Shown here one piece after another: positions 52,973 through 64,000 of a stretch of 64,000 bases of DNA. The position numbers and the translations under genes are program-made. Origin of the DNA: Lobosporangium transversale (Eukaryota); assembly GCF_002105155.1 (NCBI RefSeq), contig NW_019029002.1:372001-436000 (forward strand). Direction: 5' to 3'. The notes beneath the pieces are model-generated. The model searched no databases and was not told the DNA's origin. It saw only the letters and a list, made by a program, of their open reading frames with translations. Position 1 is the stretch's first letter; each line of letters opens with the position of its first letter.

Positions 52973-54879
52973 ATGGCAACACTTCATCTTCAAGGACAAA
53001 ACGGTCAGGAATCAGTGTCTATCCCTCTCTCCACAGAAGAAGGAACTCAGCCACGACCTCAGATCATATACATCAATACTCGCTCAATGGGCTCGGATAC
53101 ACAACAACCCCCCACATCCATTACTGATTTATCCAATACAACTACACATCCTACTGACTCAAAGCCATCAGCTTCGATAGTTAATCCTGATAATTCTTCA
53201 CAAGTACTTGAGAAGACAAAAAAAGATGAAGGCTTTATTCAAACCATTCTGGATTCCAATCCGTATTTCTCTGCAGGATTTGGGCTAATGGCTGTAGGAG
53301 CCGGCCTCACGATCCTGCGCAAGGCGACAGTCTCAGGCGCATCGGTCCTCCGTCGTCAAATGTTGGTCAGCCTTGAGATTCCAAGTAAAGATAAATCATA
53401 TCTCTGGTTCTTACATTGGATGTCATCACAATCTCGTGGAGCAGGCATTGAAAGGGGGGGAGGAGGGATAAACGTAGTAGGAAAAGTACATCATCGTAGG
53501 GGTCTCTTCACTAAATGGGCAGATAATCTTGCGGATCGGGTCAACAAACGATCTCAATTCCTGGCTGTGCAAACAGAATTCAAACAGCATGATAATGGAT
53601 CAGTCTCGACGCGATTTAATTTGGTACCCGGTAATGGCAAACATTTGATTCGATATCGAGGCGCATGGATTCAAGTGGAGCGAACCCGAGATAGTAAGAT
53701 GATGGATCTTTCGACAGGTGCGCCTTGGGAAACAGTAACCCTTACTACGTTATCACGCGATCGTGCAGTCTTTACAGAGTTGTTGCAAGAGGCTCAGAAG
53801 ATGGCTTTAATGAACCAAGAAGGGAAAACAGTAATTTACACTAGCTGGGGACCCGAGTGGAGACCATTTGGACAGCCGCGAAAAAGACGACTGTTGGAGA
53901 GTGTAATCTTGGATGATGGTATTGCAGAGAGGGTGGTCAGAGATGTGAAGGAGTTTGTGAAAAACGAGAAGTGGTATGCTGATCGAGGTAGGCTTTGACG
54001 AATGTCATGCGCACAAAGGGCCAAAAATGATGCTGTGATGCGACATCTGACATCTGACATCTGACATCTGACATCTGACATCTATGGATATTATGGATAT
54101 TATGGATATTATGGATATTATGGATATACCTTTTTTCTTTCATCCTTTTGTTCTCTTTTGCTTCTCGGTTAGGTATTCCATACCGCCGAGGGTATCTGCT
54201 TTATGGTCCTCCTGGAAGTGGAAAGACAAGTTTTATTCAGGCACTGGCAGGAGAACTGGAGTACAATATCTGCATTTTGAACTTGAGTGAACGTGGGCTA
54301 ACAAACGATCGGTTGAACCACTTGTTAACTAACCTGCCTGAACGCAGCATAATGTTGCTGGAGGATATTGATGCTGCCTTTGCAAAACGCGACAAAACTC
54401 AAGAAGGGTATGCTTTTTGTTTTTTTTATTTGTTGCTGGTATCCTTCTCTGTCTTGCCTTATCCTTACCATACCTTTATCATTTATTTTTATATGCGTTT
54501 CATATGTGCTACATACCTCTTTAGTTTTCACTCCATGGTAACATTCAGTGGACTCCTCAATGCTCTCGACGGCGTCGCTTCCGCTGAGGGCAGAATCATC
54601 TTCATGACGACTAACCATATAGAAGCATTGGATCCAGCGTTAATTCGTCCTGGACGTGTAGATTTGCGCGAATATGTGGGTGATGCTAGTCCAATACAAA
54701 TACGGCGGATGTTCAAACGATTTTATGAGGGTCATGACGCATTGGCCGAAAGATTTGTGAAGTCATTAGAGAACCATAAAGTCAGCACTGCAGCCTTACA
54801 GGGTCATTTCGTCCACTTTAAGGATCGGCCCGAAGATGCCTGTGAGAATGTGGGATACCTTTTCATGAAGGATCAATAA
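52973..54879 (+). CDS. BCS1: Mitochondrial AAA chaperone Bcs1; 3 exons
   Basis: [50 protein letters not shown] (Walker A), LLEDID (Walker B) and [12 protein letters not shown]. Confidence 0.96.
54042..54127. repeat. Compound minisatellite (GACATCT)6 + (ATGGATATT)~5 in BCS1 intron 1
   Basis: Direct reading of the sequence. Confidence 0.95.
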
Positions 54880-55566
54880 TAAATTTCTCCGCAAACAACA
54901 AAAGAAAAAAAAAAAAAATGCACCTCTTGATGTTCCTCTGTTTGATTTGTGTCAAACAACCGATTACTAGACATCGATGTGATTCAATGGTAGTGTGGTC
55001 TTATCATTTGGAATCTAAGTCATCAAGGCCTTCAAGGGCTCAAAAATTGAAATCCCCTTCCCCTTTAGCTGAAAAATTTGATGTAATTTAAATGAACCAT
55101 CATAAGAGGCTTGAGTCAGTAATCGTAGTTCCCATGATTATATGTGGTGACAGACGGTTGACAGATGGTGATAAATATGATAGTAACAGCGTTGACGATA
55201 TGAATAGCACGACATGTAAATAATAGAGGAGTGGGATCAGGAGTCGCAGCCATTTCGATAATGTATCGGATATATTCATAAATAGGTTGCATCGTCAAAT
55301 CTTGTTTCTTGGTGTTAGCTTCACCACTTTTGGCGCTTGATTTCTTAGGATTTCATACTCTCATTTGTGCTGACTCTACTATCCATACTTCTGAGTAGAG
55401 CAGCCAAGCTCCTTCTCCTATCACTGGTATCGGAAATGGATAGCGCCTGAATGCGATACGAGACTGAATACATCTTAGACTCTGTTTCTGTGGGCAACAC
55501 CTTTATTATGTCGCAGAAGCATGACAGGGGTTTCTACCTTAGTTACAATTCTCATGAGGATAGCAA

Positions 55567-55600
<34 letters not shown>

Positions 55601-56744
55601 AAGAAGAGTAGAAGAAAGAAAAGAAAAGAAAAAAAGAAGCACTTTGCTTTTGTACCTTGAAATGAACCCAATTTCAGGCACACAGTATTGTAGGTGGCAC
55701 CGATTTTAAGAATGACGCGTAAACGCGGTAAATATCCATCTACGTATTTTCTTTATTTGCATTCATTTTCTTGTTTCATCTCTTTTACTTTCTTTCATTC
55801 GTCATAAACAATCAACAACATCATGGCAGCCACCGCAATCGACACTCAAAATCATACAAAGTGGCAGGTCACTGATGCAGAAGAGCGCGATGGATTTGTG
55901 GAGTACTGTAAATTGCGCACATGTGAACGCATGGAGGTTGACAGGGTCGCCGGTATGTGATTCGATCTTGATTGAACTTGTGTGATAGGTATGCCTTATT
56001 GTCTGGCCCTTTAGATTCATGTAATAAAGTTATTAATAATCATGGTCAATAACAATGGTAAATGGCATATAGAGCTGGAAGAGGTCGAGGAGGCTGATAT
56101 TGATAGGATGCGAGTCATTGCAATCGAATCCAAGCTGGAGTGGAGAGGCTTCACTGACGAGATGAAGATGGTATTGTAGTGCTGACATATCCAGTTGTTT
56201 CACTAAGTGTTGGTTTGATTTACTCACAAAATCTTGAGATTTGTCATTATTTCTGTTAATAGTTTTGGGTGGAGCGTGCGTCCATCAAGACCACTTTGAA
56301 TTGTACGTAAAAAAAAAAAAAAAAAAAAAAACTCGGTGTTCTTTTCGTTTAACTAAGACACGTTCCCTACTTCTTTCCACTATGATTAGCATGGGACAAC
56401 TTCCTGAAAAAGAACAACGTCAGCGTACCAAAAGTTGATGCTACAGGACCTGCCCCTGCAATGCCTGCAGTACAGCCTCATGCACATTAAACTATCTCAT
56501 TTCATATAATAACAGTACTGATCTACATCTCCCATTATGGAGAAAGCCGTCCCCAGTTTCTTTGTAATAGTCAAGACATGAAATAGTAGAGCATTTGGTT
56601 ATATAAAAAGTCGACTTTTACTTTAAAATATATGCCTTTGCCTTTATTGACAGAGGTTCCTATATAAAAAAAAAAAAGACTGATGTAATATATTGGGTGT
56701 AAACGGCTATGTTTTTTGTAAATATGCCCAAAAATAACTGCCTT

Positions 56745-59257
<2,513 letters not shown>

Positions 59258-59512
59258 AGTGAGGATAAAAGAAAAAGTAATAGACGATGTTCCTCATCAC
59301 ACCATTGGCGGAGTCAACGGGTCAATACCCTTAAGTGCAATTCAAATAAAGGTTTGGGGTGACTGGCTGGTTAAGTGAATTCGTGTGCTAGTGTGTGCTT
59401 GTGTGTGTTTGTTTACCTTTTTAAAAAAATAAAAACATTTTTTATTTTCCCCCTCCTTACTCTTTCCTTTCTTCCCTTTCCCTTTATCCTATCCCCTCCA
59501 CTGATTCACACC

Positions 59513-60055
59513 ATGTCCGGACTCCTCGCATACACAAAGTTGGCCTTGGCTGCCCCTCGTCTGTCTATGGCTGTCCGTATTAACTCCATGGCTATCCGTG
59601 GCTATGCTTCCAAGAAGTTGTTTATCGGCAACCTCCCCTGGGGTACGACTGATGATGAGATCTCGGAAGTGTTATCACAGTACGGCAGTTTCAAGGATTT
59701 CCATGTTCCTAAGGATCAAGACGGACGCACCAAGGGTTTTGCTTTTGTAGAACTTGAAGAGGATGCGGCCGACAAGGTGATCCAAGAAGTCAACGGCCGT
59801 GAGTTTAATGGCAGAGAGCTTCGAGTCAGCGTTGCCAACCCTCGTCCTGATCGTTCTGAACGTCCTCCCCGTAATGATTTCCGTGGCGAGTTCCGCCCTC
59901 GTCGTGACTTCAACAGAAATAACAGCAGAGACAGAAATGGAGGTGAAAGACAGTTTCGTCCTCGTCGCGAGTCCAACAGGGACTACAGTAGGAACCAGGA
60001 TGGTGACGATCGCTATTTCCGTCGTCCTCAGAATGACGGAGCTGATCGTGAGTAA
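59513..60055 (+). CDS. Single-RRM RNA-binding protein with probable mitochondrial presequence and Arg/Asp-rich tail; intronless
   Basis: MSGLLAYTKLALAAPRLSMAVRINSMAIRGYASKK, RNP2 LFIGNL and RNP1 KGFAFVE. Divergent from SelO across 255 bp. Confidence 0.85.
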   Translation: MSGLLAYTKLALAAPRLSMAVRINSMAIRGYASKKLFIGNLPWGTTDDEISEVLSQYGSFKDFHVPKDQDGRTKGFAFVELEEDAADKVIQEVNGREFNGRELRVSVANPRPDRSERPPRNDFRGEFRPRRDFNRNNSRDRNGGERQFRPRRESNRDYSRNQDGDDRYFRRPQNDGADRE

Positions 60056-61170
60056 GGAAGTAAGAGACCAAGCAGATGTTCTGATTGATATCGCAAGACA
60101 GCAAATGCCCAATCATTTATACACAGGACAATAGTGCCAGCAAACCAGCAAAGACATAAATACGCATTTCAGACAGAAGGATACCTACAGAATATGGTCC
60201 ACATCTTTTCTTTTTTCTACATTCTATTTCTTTTTTGTAGTTTACCAATACACTTCGTTTTCTTTATTTTTATTTGTTAAAATTTTTCGCAACTCTTTTT
60301 GAACTGGACATTGTACATTATTTTTTTTTTTCGCAATCCCCTCAGCTCTGGATTGGAAGCATGAAGATAATAAAGACACGGCAAAAGAAATAAAAAGAGA
60401 TAACCCCAATTCTAGAAAATAAAGCCTTTTTGCTTTTTTTCTTCTTTACTTTTTTTCTTTTCTTTTATAACATGTTGTAAATAGGACTATGAGATTGTAT
60501 AGCTCACTTCTCAGGTTCTCACATTCATTCCTTCATTCCATTTGTGCTTTGCAAAATCAGCAATCGCCACCAAAAAGGAAAAAAAAAAAAAAAAAAAAAA
60601 AAGAGCGTCACATCTTATTAACCTTGATCCTTCATCATACATGATTTAATTCTCTCGGCTGTCAAATAGGCGGAAGAACTTGATAAAACAGCATCTTCAC
60701 TATTTAAGGAGGAGTGGATGGAGGATTGTATTTGGGTTCTCTACCGAGTTGCAGGTGGAGCAGTTGAAGGCCAACGGGAGAACGATTCACTTTGGTAGTA
60801 TTCATAATACCTTCGATAAGCCAAGGGCACAGCACATTGTTTAGCGTAATTACTTGTAGAGTGCTTGTTCTTATGAACACTTTTCGTATACAGACACAAG
60901 ACGAATCTTTTCACACTTGTTGTCAAAAATGTCAGCACGACTAAGAGCAGGGAGGAGTGTGTCCTCGCCAACTGGTTGCGGAAGCTCCGACCATAGATGG
61001 GATGGCGGAGCAATTTCCTCTCCTGAGAAAGTCTGCATTCTCAACATTCTTTGTACCATGTCATATCTATCACATTTAGAGGGCATGGAGAACAACCGCG
61101 CTCCCTACTGACTAAATAGTAATAGATATGGAGCACTCCCTTATTGGTTGATGAGTTATAAAACGCAATC

Positions 61171-61334
61171 CTGATGTACTGAACATTCGTACTTGAAGTT
61201 TTTTTCAGTAAATTTTTACTTATTATTTACTTAAACATCGGTAAAAAAAAAAAAGTAAATTTTGAGTAAGTACTTACTGATTTTACTCGAAATATACTGA
61301 AAAAAACTTCAAGTACGAATGTTCAGTACATCAG
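61171..61334. mobile_element. MITE-like foldback element, 164 bp, with perfect 40-bp inverted repeats
   Basis: 61171-61210 CTGATGTACTGAACATTCGTACTTGAAGTTTTTTTCAGTA is the exact reverse complement of 61295-61334. No clear TSD. Confidence 0.7.
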
Positions 61335-61619
61335 TACAGGTCACTGCTTTACTCACCAATAATTGCGACGCGTCCTTATTTATTTTTATTTTATTTTTTT
61401 CTCGTAAGTTCGAGGGGAAGCAAAGTCAAAACTATGGGCTTCTGTTGACTTAGAACCGCTACTGAGCGGTTTGTTAGGGAAGCAATATAATGTCCGTAGA
61501 TATTCATTTTCCTTCCTCTCGACCATTATTGCAGCCTTCTGTATACATCGCTTGTAGTCTTTTCTTCATCTTTTTCTAACCTTTGCTCGATCGCTCGCTA
61601 TCTCTCAAGTCCCTACACA

Positions 61620-61960
61620 ATAGTCAATGTTGATCCGAACGACCAGCATATTCAAGTCTTTCGAGTTTCAACATCATCTTCAATTATATCCATTCCAACA
61701 CGATTTGATAATATGACCCAGAAGTATGTCATTTGCTGGGTAGATATTCAGTGAGTTTTCAACTACGCCGAATATGTTTTAAACAGCGACAGCGTAGTCC
61801 TTTTCATGACAAACGATGCTCTAGAAGAGTAAGTGAGATAAATGCTCTGAAGCCAAGTTGAATATTTAATAAAAAAGTGTGGGAAAAGTATTGATATTAG
61901 TCATAGTCTTATACCATTATGAATTTGTGCTCGCTTCGGTGTAATCCCTAAGGTAGTTCA
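61620..61960 (+). pseudogene. Pseudogenised third copy of the header domain found in the 9970-17878 paralogs
   Basis: Reads (ATA)VNVDPNDQHIQVFRV...ISIPTRFDNMTQKYVICWVDIQ*VFNYAEYVLNSDSVVLFMTNDALE, then intron 61829-61906, then DLIPL*ICARFGVIPKVV. Same motifs and same phase-2 intron position as paralogs A and B. Confidence 0.8.
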
Positions 61961-63356
61961 AAGCAATGCCCTGGAGAATATCACAATTGCTGCTAACCCT
62001 GACACCTGACTTTTATTATTTGTGCATTTAATTCCTAATCCCGGAGACAACTACAAGCCAGTGCGGGCAACAGGGAATGGATCTACATCAGCATATCCAC
62101 CGCAGGCTCGACTTTCACATGCACCTATAGAACAGCAGGACTTGGACTTCTCAATAGAAAGTTTTGGGCTAATGCAGCACTTATGAGCAATCTTACGGTT
62201 CATACAGATCCAACAGGTCCTCTCATCCGAATTTCAACCCGAATAACTTGTCTGATGATGTTTCTTACCCAACTATTACTTGATCGTCCACTTGGTTATA
62301 TGCAATCATCTAAAAAAAAAAAAAGAAAAAAAAAAAAGGATGATCTGAAGAAAGATGTTACTTTTACTGAGTATGATGTGCTTTGAATCACGTAGGCATG
62401 ATTGATACTCAAGTCCTGTTTATCAAATTCTGGCAGTACACCTTATTCCTTCGTCTCCTCAAACGTTGCCTGTTACACTCTGTTGCATGTGTCACCTGTG
62501 CCTACAAGAATATCGACATGGTATTCTATACCAAATAGTGGCTCCATTAAAAGAGAGAGTGAAGCATATGAAAGGTCAGAAGTATTAGAAAAGCCAGTTC
62601 TACTATGCTTTTGTTTAATAACAAAAACAGCTCTTCTATTGCGATGCAGTCATTAATTTGGAAAGCAATACACTCTACATGTCAAATCTAGCAAATAATA
62701 TCATGTCATATCCTGCTTGTTCTCAGCGCACGGACAATCAGACGGACCCTAGATGATCGAGATGTTCGTTATTGAAAGTCATTCCTTAACAGAGTTTAGA
62801 GATCTTAAGAACGTCCTCTAATACGTCTAGCTGTCCAGAAACATGCGTCAAAGGTCCTATTGGAGTCTTTTTTTGTTGCAACAAGAGAGATAAGACTACT
62901 ATGGTCATTTTAGGGTTCTAGTTGGTCCACTAATCCGGGAGACAAAGTATGAGGATGAAACATTAAAGCCGCGTGTGTTGCAGGTTTTAGATTGGGTTAA
63001 ACTAGAACTTTGATTGAGGCTCAGCAAGCATGGCTTCAAAAGCACGTTCAAAGACATTAAAGGGAATAACTATGAGAATGCTAGTCACCAGATCACCAAG
63101 CCCTGCACCAACCATGATGAGAACAGAAGACCTGATGCTGTTGGTGGCGTTAACTATTGACTCTATCACTGCTATTATAGCAGCCTATTGTGACAAATAA
63201 ATAAAAAAAAAAAAAAAAAAAAAAGATACCGGAAGAGGGTCGGTGAAGGCCCTTATTGTCAATATCGTTTTAGATACTGTAATTCTCAAATTATTTTTTA
63301 CACTGGCAAGGGCGAATTTGCAAGTATTCAGACCAATATGGATTTTTTGGGGAACA

Positions 63357-63389
<33 letters not shown>

Positions 63390-63683
63390 GGAGTGATAAG
63401 CTGATTTTGATGGGCGTGCCAACGTCTAAAAATTTCGGAATAGATTGTGGAGCAATCCCCTTGCGTACATCCATTTCAAAAAATTATTGATCAGCCGCTC
63501 TGTAAGATTGAAATTGGTGAAGATATTAGGGTACCTCCCTCATCATTTAACTCTTCCCTTTCGTTAGAAGAGTGAGAATACTAGTGTTGACTTTAGTAGC
63601 CATAGGGGTTCTCCATATCATCCAAACATGTTGCCCAATTTAAAGCTCTGATCCATATTATGGACTAACCTTGGTTGAGATGA

Positions 63684-63714
<31 letters not shown>

Positions 63715-64000
63715 GTTCTATAGGAGGATTAGATCATCATAGACTTTTCACGCGAGCTTAGCATATGAGTAAGGACTGATTGGTGGACGACCGAGTGCAA
63801 TAAACTCATTGGATGAAGAAAAAAGAAAAAAGCTAACAAGGAATAGGAGTAAGCCAGGGTAGATGAAGGAATAATTTATAATATGTGTTACACAATAAAT
63901 TTAAAGGAGAGCCAAGATGGAAGCCGTAGATGATGATTATTTGTATTATTTTCTCGCATGCATGAATATTGTTGAGCGTAATGAATGCTAAATATGAAGA

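Noticed and set aside
54042..54127. CRISPR-like array or coding repeat (MSDVRCQ / MDI ORFs)
   Set aside because: Simple 7- and 9-bp tandem units without spacers inside a BCS1 intron. The ORFs are artefacts.

Overview
Intron-rich eukaryotic genomic DNA. The gene content, GT-AG introns and lineage-typical protein families suggest an early-diverging fungus, probably Mortierellaceae (inference). About 13 intact housekeeping or metabolic genes are supported: glutaryl-CoA dehydrogenase (5'-truncated by the window), FAD monooxygenase, citrate-lyase-beta-like protein, Rsm22, a very large RapGAP, M20 amidohydrolase, glutathione reductase, transketolase, Pol III subunit Rpc25, SulP sulfate permease, Bcs1, SelO (Cys form) and a mitochondrial RRM protein. 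The accessory content is the most interesting part. (i) A tandem pair of ~1150-1200 aa proteins has the layout short header domain / coiled coil / conserved Cys-His domain recalling the C-terminal region of Roco proteins / divergent LRR-like tail, and a third, pseudogenised copy of the same header sits at 61.6 kb; this is a candidate immune-receptor or effector family. (ii) A decayed, intron-containing Fanzor (TnpB-like RuvC) gene with hairpins downstream lies between the divergent GLR1 and TKL1 genes. (iii) There are two MITE-like inverted-repeat elements. (iv) GLR1 has a likely CUG-initiated mitochondrial presequence. (v) Two introns hold candidate structured RNAs, and long A/T homopolymers are common. 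All family assignments come from motif recognition by eye; no database searches were run.
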